From an uncultured Nitrospirales bacterium (GTDB taxonomy: Bacteria; Nitrospirota; Nitrospiria; Nitrospirales; NS-4): a DNA stretch of 64,000 nucleotides. Positions within the stretch are counted from its first letter, which is position 1. Every line of letters starts with the position of its first letter. The translations under genes were made by a program, and so were the position numbers. The notes beneath the pieces are model-generated. The model saw only the letters and a list, made by a program, of their open reading frames with translations. It ran no database searches and was not told the DNA's origin. The stretch covers positions 9,025 to 73,024 of the forward strand of contig CAZITU010000002.1 of NCBI GenBank assembly GCA_964542245.1. Direction: 5' to 3'. This document shows, one piece after another, positions 22,952-31,510 of this stretch.

Positions 22952-23398
22952 TTACTTGAGCACCTTGAAGGCCGTGATCGTCGGCCGCCCACCGATGTCC
23001 TCGACGTTCACTTCGAAGTTCACCAGTTCCTGGTTCGCCTTCATCATCTGGTCCATCAAGGCCTTGTCCTTGACGGCGATGCGCACGGTCGTCTGGGCGT
23101 GATACCAACCGCCATAGGGAGCGTTCTTCTCCGGACCGCCCTGGAACCCCCAAGCTCCACCGGCCTGCCACCCATCCGGCACTTCGGTGGTCGTCACGGA
23201 GGTCCGTCCACCCGGAGTCCCGGAACCCGGAGCGCCCGTGTTCCAGTATTGGATCCCGAACAACACTTCTCCGTCAGGATTTTCCGCCCATGCCGCCCAA
23301 ATTCGACCCTTCAAGGTATCAGCCGCCGCCTCATCGGCCGGCCATATACCTACCACCAACAGGGCAAAGACTGCAGCAATGATGATGCCTCGTTTCAT
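22952..23398 (-). CDS. Secreted Trp/Gly-rich protein of unknown function
   Basis: 148 aa with AAGGAGGGG upstream. Signal-like N-terminus MKRGIIIAAVFALLVVGIWPA. No family recognised. Confidence 0.6.
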   Translation of the reverse strand: MKRGIIIAAVFALLVVGIWPADEAAADTLKGRIWAAWAENPDGEVLFGIQYWNTGAPGSGTPGGRTSVTTTEVPDGWQAGGAWGFQGGPEKNAPYGGWYHAQTTVRIAVKDKALMDQMMKANQELVNFEVNVEDIGGRPTITAFKVLK

Positions 23399-23526
23399 GC
23401 TGTCCCCTCCTTGAAAGTAAGCGTGAACGACGTATGACTTAAGACCGTGAAACTTCAGACCCGCTCGCGTATATTTTTCTGAAATTTCTTATACAAAAGC
23501 GCATTACTATCCTACTGTGGTGGCCG

Positions 23527-23555
23527 ATGCTACTAGAGGCACCCAGCTTTGTCAA
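23527..23555 (-). promoter_or_regulatory. Candidate sigma70-type promoter for the two secreted-protein genes
   Basis: On the minus strand: TTGACA (23555-23550), 17-nt spacer, TAGCAT (23532-23527). It sits in an AT-rich island and implies a leader of about 120 nt before the ATG at 23398. Confidence 0.4.
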
Positions 23556-23600
23556 GAAAATTTTGGATGTCGCTGACAATCGTTCAACACACTGAATATT

Positions 23601-24311
23601 CTAATCTTTATCGCGAACTTGGCCCATCACGACATTGGCGATTCCGCTTGTCAAACGCAACCCTTCAGGAACCACGTCGGGAACGAAAACATACGTGCCC
23701 GTTTTCCATGCCAGGAGTGAGACAAGCGGTTCCCGACCTTCGGCGGTTCCGAGGTCAGCGCCGACGATCGCTCCGTCCTTAAAGTAGATCGTCCCTGATT
23801 CACTGTCCCGCTTCAGAATGAGCGCGCCGGTTTTCTGTTGCATCTCAAGCGCCTGGATCAGCTCCACAAGATCAGTGTCGGCGAGCTGGCCGGCAATGCT
23901 GATCGTGTCCAAAGGAATTCGCCGTGCTGCCTCGACACGGGCCAAAAGGGCATCCACGCGTGCGTGAACTTCTCCGAGATCGCAGGGCTTGGCCAGGTAG
24001 TCGTCCGCTCCAATCTTGAGACCTCTGATACGGTCGAGGTCGTCGTCTTTCCCCGTCATGAATAGGAACGGGATCGTGCAGGTGGTCGGATCAGTCCGGA
24101 GACGGCGGCAGAGAGTGTACCCGTCCATGACCGGCATCATGATGTCGGCGATGATGACGTCGGGCCTGGTCTCGGTGATTCGCCGCAGGGCTTCGGCGCC
24201 ATTGAGGGCGGTCCGTACGACGCAGCCACGTTGGCCGAGGTACAGTTCGATCGCCCGCGCCAGTCTGACTTCGTCTTCCACCACCAGGATATTCGGCGGA
24301 TTCGGCGTCAC
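23601..24311 (-). CDS. Response regulator: receiver domain plus C-terminal DUF4388 (PATAN-type) domain
   Basis: ILVVEDE...DVIIADIMMPVMDG...KP is the receiver. The C-terminus LVELIQALEMQQKTGALILKRDSESGTIYFKDGAIVGADLG..EGREPLVSLLAWKTGTYVF matches the DUF4388 pattern. Start set at the GTG at 24311 (GAGG 9 nt upstream). The ORF-track start at 24362 overlaps clpX. Confidence 0.78.
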   Translation of the reverse strand: MTPNPPNILVVEDEVRLARAIELYLGQRGCVVRTALNGAEALRRITETRPDVIIADIMMPVMDGYTLCRRLRTDPTTCTIPFLFMTGKDDDLDRIRGLKIGADDYLAKPCDLGEVHARVDALLARVEAARRIPLDTISIAGQLADTDLVELIQALEMQQKTGALILKRDSESGTIYFKDGAIVGADLGTAEGREPLVSLLAWKTGTYVFVPDVVPEGLRLTSGIANVVMGQVRDKD

Positions 24312-24336
24312 GCGCGTAGACCTCAGCCCCTTGCGC

Positions 24337-25620
24337 TCACCCGGTCCGGATCTCCGGAGCACAGCGACCCTCGATCACACCCTCCGTGATCGTGACCGTC
24401 CGGACATGGGGCTTGGCGGGAATCTCATACATCAAATCGAGCATGACCTCTTCCATGATGGCACGAAGCGCCCGTGCCCCGGTCCGCAGCCGCGCGGCCC
24501 GCCTGGCGATCGCTTTGACGGCGTCGTCGGTAAAGGTCAGATCGACTCCTTCCAGGGCAAACATGGTCTGATACTGCTTGTACAACGCATTGCGCGGTTC
24601 CGTGAGAACGCGCATCATGTCCGACTCATCGAGCTCGGAAAGGCTCACCAGGACGGGAAAACGACCCACGAATTCAGGGATCAAGCCGAAGCGAAGGAGG
24701 TCTTCCGGCTGAACTTGGGAGAGTAATTCCCCCTCTCCATCTCCATCAACCGGACGGACATCGGCACCAAAGCCCATTGCGCGTTCCCTGGTCCGACGAC
24801 GGACGATGTGGTCGAGCCCGACGAAGGCCCCGCCGCAGATGAACAGGATATTCGACGTATCTACCTTGATGAATTCCTGTTCGGGATGCTTGCGGCCTCC
24901 CTTGGGCGGCACGCTGCACGTCGTTCCTTCGACCAGCTTGAGCAGCGCCTGCTGGACGCCCTCCCCGGAAACGTCCCGAGTGATGGACGGCCCCTCGGAC
25001 TTGCGACTGATCTTGTCGATCTCATCAATGTAGATGATGCCGGTCTCCGTGCGGGCCACGTCCCAATCGGCCGCTTGAAGCAGCTTCAGGATCACGTTCT
25101 CGACGTCCTCGCCGACATATCCGGCTTCCGTCAACGTCGTGGCGTCGGCGATGGCAAAGGGTACCTCGAGGATACGCGCCAGGGTTTGACACAAGAGAGT
25201 CTTACCGGTGCCGGTTGGTCCGATCACGAAGACATTGCCCTTCTGGAGTTCCACATCACCGACCCGCGCGTTCGTCTGGACCCGGCGGTAATGGTTGTGG
25301 ACGGCCACCGACAGCACCTTTTTGGCCTTTTCTTGGCCGATCACGTAATCATCGAGGATGCGCTTGATTTGGGGCGGATTGAGGAGTTTAAAAGATGGGA
25401 ACGCGGAGGTCCCGCTTGCGCGATGCCCCTGGGCTATCACGTTCTCGCACCGAGCCACGCACTCGTTGCAGATCCAGAGCGTGGCGGGGGCGTGGCACTT
25501 CTCACAGAGATAAGCCGCAGGGCTCTCGACCAGATCGAGAGCGGCTGCCTTGGACTTCCCGCAGAAGGAACAAAACAATTCCTTTGAGGAACGGTTCCCT
25601 TTATTACTTCCCCAAAACAC
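24337..25620 (-). CDS. clpX: ATP-dependent protease ATPase subunit ClpX (atypical N-terminal zinc-binding domain)
   Basis: CSFCGKS zinc ribbon, Walker A GPTGTGKT, Walker [10 protein letters not shown], ClpP-docking loop MGFGA, and LIPEFVGR. Start placed at the GTG at 25620 (GGAGGGG 8 nt upstream). The ORF-track start is a TTG at 25674. Confidence 0.9.
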   Translation of the reverse strand: MFWGSNKGNRSSKELFCSFCGKSKAAALDLVESPAAYLCEKCHAPATLWICNECVARCENVIAQGHRASGTSAFPSFKLLNPPQIKRILDDYVIGQEKAKKVLSVAVHNHYRRVQTNARVGDVELQKGNVFVIGPTGTGKTLLCQTLARILEVPFAIADATTLTEAGYVGEDVENVILKLLQAADWDVARTETGIIYIDEIDKISRKSEGPSITRDVSGEGVQQALLKLVEGTTCSVPPKGGRKHPEQEFIKVDTSNILFICGGAFVGLDHIVRRRTRERAMGFGADVRPVDGDGEGELLSQVQPEDLLRFGLIPEFVGRFPVLVSLSELDESDMMRVLTEPRNALYKQYQTMFALEGVDLTFTDDAVKAIARRAARLRTGARALRAIMEEVMLDLMYEIPAKPHVRTVTITEGVIEGRCAPEIRTG

Positions 25621-25694
25621 CGTTTGATCCCCTCCGGAGCCTCCATGATAGCCGGGAGGCCCCGGAGAACTCAACAGGCGCGAACACGGCCTCG

Positions 25695-26603
25695 CTAGCC
25701 TGCCTTCCGGTACTGTTCCTCAGGAGATGGCGCGGTCTCGTACACAGGGAGGCTTGTCCCGCTCTGCGCCACCGTCCGAACGCCCCAGACGATCGTAAAG
25801 AGGGCCGCGAAGAGAATGACACCCGCCTGATACGGGATCTCAGAGGTCCCAGTGCCACCTGCGGCGGAAGCCGTCAGGACCGAGGAGGCGCCGATCGGGG
25901 ACGTAGCCGCCTGAGCGGCGACCAAGACGGCGGAACCCAGCGCTTCCTGCGCGAGCGGCATGCCGGTGTTGATCCTCGCCGCCATCGTCCCGGTATCACG
26001 CAGCGCAGAGCCGAGCAGTTCCTGCACCTGCCCCTCGTGCCTGTCCATGGCGAGCAGCCCTCCCACCACGCTCCAGCCCAACGCTTCCTCGCGGAGCGGG
26101 CTTGCAGCTTGTTCTCTGAGTATCGTGCCGGCCTTAATGCGCCCAAGCGTCTCTATGAACTGCAACTGCGCGGTCTCGGTGTTCCCCGCCCGCCACATGC
26201 GTTGGGCCGCATGGACCACCGCACGTCCGGCCGATTGCTGGATCATCCCGTGCATTCGCAGGAGCGACTCGCGCGCCGCGACACGGAAGCCCGGGACCAA
26301 TGCGCCGCGGGCCTGCTGCGCTCGTGTCGCCGCGACGATAGCCTCGCCGAGACTTTCCTGGCGAGGACCGAACTCAGTGTCCTCCATGCGGCGGATTCTT
26401 TGCGCCGACACGATCGCCTCTCCTAGGTTGGTCTGCGTCACCTCACGGGGATCTATGGACAGGGCACCCATGTCCGTAAGCTGTTGGTCGAGTAGCCCAG
26501 TAGGCGCCCCCCCGAACGCGAAAAAGAAGATCCCCGCCCCGAGGATTGTGGCGCAGGCGCCCACCGTTACAATGACATCCAGGTGGTCCCATGACGACCT
26601 CAT
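25695..26603 (-). CDS. Membrane protein of unknown function, hydrophobic at both ends, with internal LG-x-A-(I/V)-V repeats
   Basis: 302 aa with GGAGGG upstream. N-terminal [23 protein letters not shown] and C-terminal [18 protein letters not shown]. The region between them is Ala/Gln/Arg-rich with a recurring (Q/E)xxLGxA(I/V)(V/L) motif. Confidence 0.6.
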   Translation of the reverse strand: MRSSWDHLDVIVTVGACATILGAGIFFFAFGGAPTGLLDQQLTDMGALSIDPREVTQTNLGEAIVSAQRIRRMEDTEFGPRQESLGEAIVAATRAQQARGALVPGFRVAARESLLRMHGMIQQSAGRAVVHAAQRMWRAGNTETAQLQFIETLGRIKAGTILREQAASPLREEALGWSVVGGLLAMDRHEGQVQELLGSALRDTGTMAARINTGMPLAQEALGSAVLVAAQAATSPIGASSVLTASAAGGTGTSEIPYQAGVILFAALFTIVWGVRTVAQSGTSLPVYETAPSPEEQYRKAG

Positions 26604-26669
26604 CGTCTTTCCCTCCTCTTGCTAAAGTACGTGTTGGGTAGGTCTCAATACCAACCCACCTCAAGCTAT

Positions 26670-26684
26670 AGCAAGACCTACGCC
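26670..26684 (-). promoter_or_regulatory. Candidate sigma54 (-24/-12) promoter upstream of the repeat membrane protein gene
   Basis: The minus strand reads GGCGTAGGTCTTGCT. This gives GGC, then TTGCT, with the canonical GG-to-GC spacing of GGCACG-N4-TTGCW. It lies about 65 nt upstream of the ATG at 26603, directly downstream of a sigma54-dependent activator gene. Confidence 0.3.
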
Positions 26685-26770
26685 GCCTGGATGATTCCAC
26701 AAAATGCAAGGTTTTCTTTGAGGTTATGAGGGGAGTCCAGCCTTTGAACGAGATCGGCCTTGGCCGGTAA

Positions 26771-26788
26771 CCACCAGCAATAGGTGCC
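26771..26788. promoter_or_regulatory. Inverted repeat, possible enhancer (UAS) for the adjacent bacterial enhancer-binding protein
   Basis: CACC (26772-26775), 7-nt spacer, GGTG (26783-26786), within GGCACC..GGTGG on the minus strand. It lies about 100 nt upstream of the candidate -24/-12 element. It resembles but does not equal the NtrC-type TGCACC-N5-GGTGCA site. Confidence 0.2.
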
Positions 26789-26831
26789 CAACAGCAAAGA
26801 TGGAGCGAGGGACGGACCAGAGGGAGGCGAC

Positions 26832-28223
26832 TTACTCGGCTTCTTCCGGAGCCTTGAGGTTGTACTTGGCCATGCGGTAGCGCAGCGTGTTGCGGGTGAC
26901 CTTGAGCAGGCGGGCGGCCTCGGAAACGTTGCCCTTGGCCTTCTCGAGCGCCTCCCGCAGCATGACCTTCTCGACCTCCTCAACCGACAGGCCGTACGAG
27001 AGGAGAGCCGGCAATTCCTCCTTATCCGCATGGACCGGGGCCTCCTTCCCCGCCTTGAGATAACCCGGTAGATTATCCACGCCGACCCGTTCCCCTTTAC
27101 ACGTGATCGTGACCCATTCCACCATGTTCTGAAATTCCCGGACGTTTCCGGGCCACTCGTAGGTCTCCAGAAGGCGCTTGGCCTCCGGGGTCAAGCCTAC
27201 GATCCGGGTCCCCCGTTCACGGTTGTAGCGGCTCAGGAAGTGCTCCAACAGGATTTGCATGTCGCCGGTTCGCTCCCGAAGCGGGGGCAAGTGGAGGGGG
27301 CATACGCTGAGACGATAGAAGAGGTCCTCCCGGAACTTGCTCTTCTTCACCAGGCCACGGAGGTCTTGGTTGGTGGCCGCCACCAGCCGCAGATCCACTT
27401 TGACTCCCTTAACGCCGCCCAGCGGTTCGATCGTATGATCCTCCAGCACGCGCAGGAGCTTGACCTGCGTGGCCGGGCTCATCTCGCCGATCTCGTCCAG
27501 GAAGAGCGTGCCGCGGTGGGCCAGGAGAAAACGGCCCGGCTTGGCCTTCTTGGCATCCGTAAAGGCCCCCTTCTCGTAGCCGAACAGTTCGGATTCGAGA
27601 AGGTGTTCGTGGATGGACGCGCAATTGATCGCCACCAACGGTCTTCCGGCTCGAGGGCTCGCATAGTGGATGGCCCGGGCTAACAGTTCTTTCCCGGTCC
27701 CGCTCTCTCCGGTGATCAAGACCGTCGAGTCCGTCGCCGCGACGTCGCGCGCGAGCGCTTTGACGGTCGCCAGCTCGGGCGACCGCCCGACGATGTTATC
27801 GAATCCAAACTGCTCCCGAAGCCCTTGGCTCAGCCCGAGGTTTTCTTGGGTCAACCGACGCATGTCCAGCGCCCGCTTGACGACGATCTTCAACTCGTCG
27901 TTGTCAATGGGCTTGCTGATGTAATCGAAGGCGCCTTTTTTCATCGCCTCCACGGCGGACTTGACCGTCCCGAACCCCGTGATGATGACCACCGGAACAT
28001 CAGGGCATTCCTTGGTGACGTATCCCAAGACGTCCAACCCGCCGACCTTTCCCATCTGGAGATCGGTCAGGATCAGATCCACCCCGCCCTCGTCCACCGA
28101 CTTGATACCGGCCTCACCCGAGTCAGCCACGAGCAGGTGATACCCTTCCGGTCGCAGGACAAGGTCCACGAGCCTGCGCATCTTTTCTTCGTCCTCAATG
28201 ATCAGAATCGTCGCTTCCCGCAT
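26832..28223 (-). CDS. Sigma54-dependent response regulator (NtrC/AtoC family)
   Basis: Receiver (ILIIEDEE..DLILTDLQM), AAA+ domain (GESGTGKE, the GAFTDA variant of GAFTGA, ESELFGYEKG), and a C-terminal Fis-type HTH (NVSEAARLLKVTRNTLRYRM). Confidence 0.92.
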   Translation of the reverse strand: MREATILIIEDEEKMRRLVDLVLRPEGYHLLVADSGEAGIKSVDEGGVDLILTDLQMGKVGGLDVLGYVTKECPDVPVVIITGFGTVKSAVEAMKKGAFDYISKPIDNDELKIVVKRALDMRRLTQENLGLSQGLREQFGFDNIVGRSPELATVKALARDVAATDSTVLITGESGTGKELLARAIHYASPRAGRPLVAINCASIHEHLLESELFGYEKGAFTDAKKAKPGRFLLAHRGTLFLDEIGEMSPATQVKLLRVLEDHTIEPLGGVKGVKVDLRLVAATNQDLRGLVKKSKFREDLFYRLSVCPLHLPPLRERTGDMQILLEHFLSRYNRERGTRIVGLTPEAKRLLETYEWPGNVREFQNMVEWVTITCKGERVGVDNLPGYLKAGKEAPVHADKEELPALLSYGLSVEEVEKVMLREALEKAKGNVSEAARLLKVTRNTLRYRMAKYNLKAPEEAE

Positions 28224-28239
28224 GCGCCTCCTCGCCCCC

Positions 28240-30228
28240 CTACCGCTTCATGGCCGGCAGCCGTAGCGTGACCTCGGTCCCTTGCCCTTCGGTGCTGTGA
28301 ATCTCCAGATGTCCCCCGTTATCCTCTACCAGACGCTTCACGTTGGTCAATCCAAGCCCGGTTCCGTACTCCTTGGTAGTGAAGAACGGATCGAAGATCT
28401 GCTTCATGTGGTCGGGGGTGATTCCGGTGCCGGTATCGGCGATCAGGATCTCCGCCATCGGAGGGGGGCCACCTGCACCGGCCGGGCGAGCCGAAATGGT
28501 GAGGGTGCCTCCGTGAGGCATGGCCTCCCGGGCATTGATCAGGAGATTGACCAACGCTTCTTTGACCTGGTCCGGGTCCACCATCAATTCCGGGATATCG
28601 GGCGACACCCGCAACTGTAGGGTGATGGGTTCGCCTTTCCCGAGGGCTTGCCACTCTCGTAACGCGGCATCGAGCAACCCCTTGGCCGCGATGGGGTGTA
28701 TTTCAGGAGGCTTCTGCCTGGCGAACCGCAGGAAATGATTGATCCGGTGTGTGAGCCGGTCCACTTCATCAATCACGTACTGTGCCACCTCGCGCTTGAC
28801 GCCATCGGTCTGCTTCTCGTCCAGAACGAGCTGGGCGGAACTACGGATCACGCCGAGAGGATTCTTGATGTCATGGGCGAGGGCCGCCAGGAGTTGGCCG
28901 ACCGAGGCCAACTTTTCCTTGCGCACGAGCTCATCATGTTGATCGTTGATGGTCTTGAGACTCTCGTCCAAGGTCTCCACCATCTGGTTGAAGGCCAGCG
29001 CAAGCGACTCCAGTTCGTCTCCCGTCCGGATCACGACCTGTCGGTCGGCCGCTCCGACAAGGACCCGGTTAAACCGGGCCGCGGAGGCCAGATCCCGCAT
29101 GCCTCGCCGGATGGCCTCGGCCTGTTCCTGCAACATCACGATGGGTTTTACGATGAGACGGCCGACAAAGAACCCCAGCGAGGCCAGCACCGTCGCCATC
29201 CCGAACCCGATCATCCCGACCGTCCGCAGCAGGGTATAGACCGGGGCATAGGTTTCGGCGGGGTCTTGCCGAACAAAGGCGTACCACTCGTGTCCCCCGA
29301 AACTGGCCTCCGAGAACGCATGGGAGAACCGAACCGGTGCGTAGCCCACGATGGAATTGTACCCGCCATGGGCGTCGTCCTCGGCCACCACCCACCCCGG
29401 CGTCTTCTGCATCAACTGGCGCATCAAGGGATCGTTGATCAGATGCGCCTTGGGGGGGAGAACCGGGCAGATCAGCGGGGTGCCCTCGGTATTGAGCAGC
29501 ATGCCATGGCCTAGCTTCCCCACTCGGATTTCCATGATGGTCTTCATGAGATTGTTCCGCCGCAGTTCAAGCTTGACCACCCCAATGGCCCGTTTTCCGG
29601 TCGGGTCCAGGACGGGGACCGCGATGTCCAAGAGATACACACCCGGAGCCTGCTCGTAAAGATCGCTGACGTAAGTGCGGCCGCGCCCTCCATCATAGGC
29701 CTCGCTCCACCACAGCTCCTCGCCGTGTAGGAACCCGACGACCGGGGTCACGCTCGCGACGAGCGCCCCGCGTTCATCCGTTACCAAGATATTCTGATAG
29801 TTGTCCGCCCGGATGAGAGCCCATTCCCGGAGGAAGGAGAGGGTGCCGCGATTGATAAAACCCGGCATGACGGCGTCCGAGTCGGTTCGATACCGTTCCC
29901 ACCGTCGGCTTCGTTCTAGCAATTTGGTGCGAACCGCTTGGGAGTCTCCTCGATACGACCGGTTTGCCGCATCCACCGAAGCGCGGACCGCCAGGGGAGC
30001 GGTCGCGATATGGCGCGCCCCGTCGATCTCATCGTCAATCATCACCTCGATCCGACGGGCGGTCGCGGACGCGATCTGCTGGAAACTGTCGCCGATGGCG
30101 TTCTTGAGGGTCTGGGTACTATAGAGGTAGGTCGCGAAGAGGGCGACGATCCCGGGCGTGAATCCGACGATCAACAGCGAGGCGACGAACTTCTTCTGAA
30201 GGCCACGTCGCGACCGACCGAGTTCCAT
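28240..30228 (-). CDS. Sensor histidine kinase with large periplasmic (Cache-like) domain and HAMP
   Basis: Start at the ATG at 30228 (GGAGGG upstream). Two TM segments flank about 290 aa. H-box LAALAHDIKNPLG, N box LINAREA, G boxes DTGTGI and GTGLGL. Confidence 0.9.
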   Translation of the reverse strand: MELGRSRRGLQKKFVASLLIVGFTPGIVALFATYLYSTQTLKNAIGDSFQQIASATARRIEVMIDDEIDGARHIATAPLAVRASVDAANRSYRGDSQAVRTKLLERSRRWERYRTDSDAVMPGFINRGTLSFLREWALIRADNYQNILVTDERGALVASVTPVVGFLHGEELWWSEAYDGGRGRTYVSDLYEQAPGVYLLDIAVPVLDPTGKRAIGVVKLELRRNNLMKTIMEIRVGKLGHGMLLNTEGTPLICPVLPPKAHLINDPLMRQLMQKTPGWVVAEDDAHGGYNSIVGYAPVRFSHAFSEASFGGHEWYAFVRQDPAETYAPVYTLLRTVGMIGFGMATVLASLGFFVGRLIVKPIVMLQEQAEAIRRGMRDLASAARFNRVLVGAADRQVVIRTGDELESLALAFNQMVETLDESLKTINDQHDELVRKEKLASVGQLLAALAHDIKNPLGVIRSSAQLVLDEKQTDGVKREVAQYVIDEVDRLTHRINHFLRFARQKPPEIHPIAAKGLLDAALREWQALGKGEPITLQLRVSPDIPELMVDPDQVKEALVNLLINAREAMPHGGTLTISARPAGAGGPPPMAEILIADTGTGITPDHMKQIFDPFFTTKEYGTGLGLTNVKRLVEDNGGHLEIHSTEGQGTEVTLRLPAMKR

Positions 30229-30241
30229 CGGACCCTCCGGG

Positions 30242-31495
30242 TTAATGCATGACCCGCTCCACAACCCCCTTCTTGAGAGGTCCCAACGCGGTCACCGTCA
30301 GATAGCGGTCGTCGAAGAGGTCCCGGCTGAGGCGCCAGAGTTGGCGCGCCGAGACACGGTCGATGGCAGTCATGATTTCCCCGAGGGGGATATGACGACC
30401 GAAATACATTTCATCCTTGGCGACTTTGCTCATTCGGCTGTTGGTGCTCTCCAGCCCCAGCATGAGATTGCCCTTCAACTGGCTCTTGGCACGATGCAGT
30501 TCGGCGCTTCCGACCGGCCCGGCCTTCAGCCGGCGGAGTTCCGCCCGAATGAGCTCCAGCACCCGCGGCGCCGAGTCGGGCCGCGCCCCGGCATACACGG
30601 TGAATAAGCCGCTATCCGTGAAGCACGAGAGGGAGGAGTAGATCGAATAGGCCAAGGCCCGCTTTTCCCGTATCTCTTGGAACAGCCGGGAACTGACGCC
30701 TCCTCCCAAAATCGCGTTCAAGGCGTATGCGCCGTACCGGTCAGCATCCGAATGGGAGACGCCCTTCATGCCCAGACACAGATGGACCTGCTCCAGAGGT
30801 TTCGGCCGGACCTGAATCCCTCCATCGATGGTGGGCGGCATCCGGCCGTCCGGGGCGGTCGTCCCGCCCCACTTCCCCCCAAACGCAGACGCGAGCCCCT
30901 TGAGCATGGGGCCAAAGGCGAAATTCCCTGCCACCGCGATGACGACTTGCGACGGGCGATAGTGACTGGATCGGTACGCGAGCAACTGGTCCCGCCGGAG
31001 AGTCTCGATGGTGGACGCCTCCCCTAAGATCGGCCGTCCCAGCGGGTGGGTCGAAAAGGCATTCTTCGTGTGCAGATCATAGAGGTACTCCTCCGGATCG
31101 TCCTCGACCATCCGGATTTCTTCCAGGACGACCTGCTTCTCCTTGGTCAGTTCCTTGGCATCGAACCGCGAGTGGTGAAAGATGTCCGCCAGCAGGTCGA
31201 TGCCCGGTCCGAGGTGCTCATCCAGGACCTTGGCGTAGAAGGTCGTGCACTCACGCGAGGTGAAGGCGTTGAGTTCCCCGCCCAACGCATCAATCTCGCG
31301 CGAAATGGCCTCGGCGGAGCGGCGGCGCGTCCCCTTGAAGAACATATGCTCGATGAAGTGCGAAAGCCCTTCCTCTCCGGGTCGCTCGTCCCGCGAGCCG
31401 ACGTCCACCCAAACTCCGAGAGAGACGGATCGGACCGAGGGAAGCTTCTCGGCGGCCACCCGAACGCCGTTGTCTAAAATTTCTTTGCGAAACAT
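30242..31495 (-). CDS. M16-family zinc peptidase (pitrilysin/insulinase-like)
   Basis: HFIEHMFFKG (HxxEH) near the N-terminus. 417 aa. Sits in the conserved position downstream of pnp. Confidence 0.9.
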   Translation of the reverse strand: MFRKEILDNGVRVAAEKLPSVRSVSLGVWVDVGSRDERPGEEGLSHFIEHMFFKGTRRRSAEAISREIDALGGELNAFTSRECTTFYAKVLDEHLGPGIDLLADIFHHSRFDAKELTKEKQVVLEEIRMVEDDPEEYLYDLHTKNAFSTHPLGRPILGEASTIETLRRDQLLAYRSSHYRPSQVVIAVAGNFAFGPMLKGLASAFGGKWGGTTAPDGRMPPTIDGGIQVRPKPLEQVHLCLGMKGVSHSDADRYGAYALNAILGGGVSSRLFQEIREKRALAYSIYSSLSCFTDSGLFTVYAGARPDSAPRVLELIRAELRRLKAGPVGSAELHRAKSQLKGNLMLGLESTNSRMSKVAKDEMYFGRHIPLGEIMTAIDRVSARQLWRLSRDLFDDRYLTVTALGPLKKGVVERVMH

Positions 31496-31510
31496 AGCGC
31501 GGTGCGACGC

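Noticed and set aside
25395-26426. 343-aa ORF on the plus strand overlapping the clpX 5' end and the repeat membrane protein gene
   Set aside because: The translation is Arg/Pro/Ser-rich with no domain. The opposite-strand genes have RBSs and coherent features. The membrane protein gene itself is less certain, but it has TM helices and a GGAGGG RBS.
26771-26797. TTGGGCACCTATTGCTGG on the minus strand initially looked like a sigma54 TGGCAC-N5-TTGC promoter
   Set aside because: When GGCAC is aligned to the consensus, the TTGC element is 2 nt too close, and sigma54 does not tolerate such spacing changes. I reinterpreted it as a possible activator-binding inverted repeat, listed as a low-confidence feature. 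The better-spaced GGC-N8-TTGCT at 26670-26684 is the promoter candidate.
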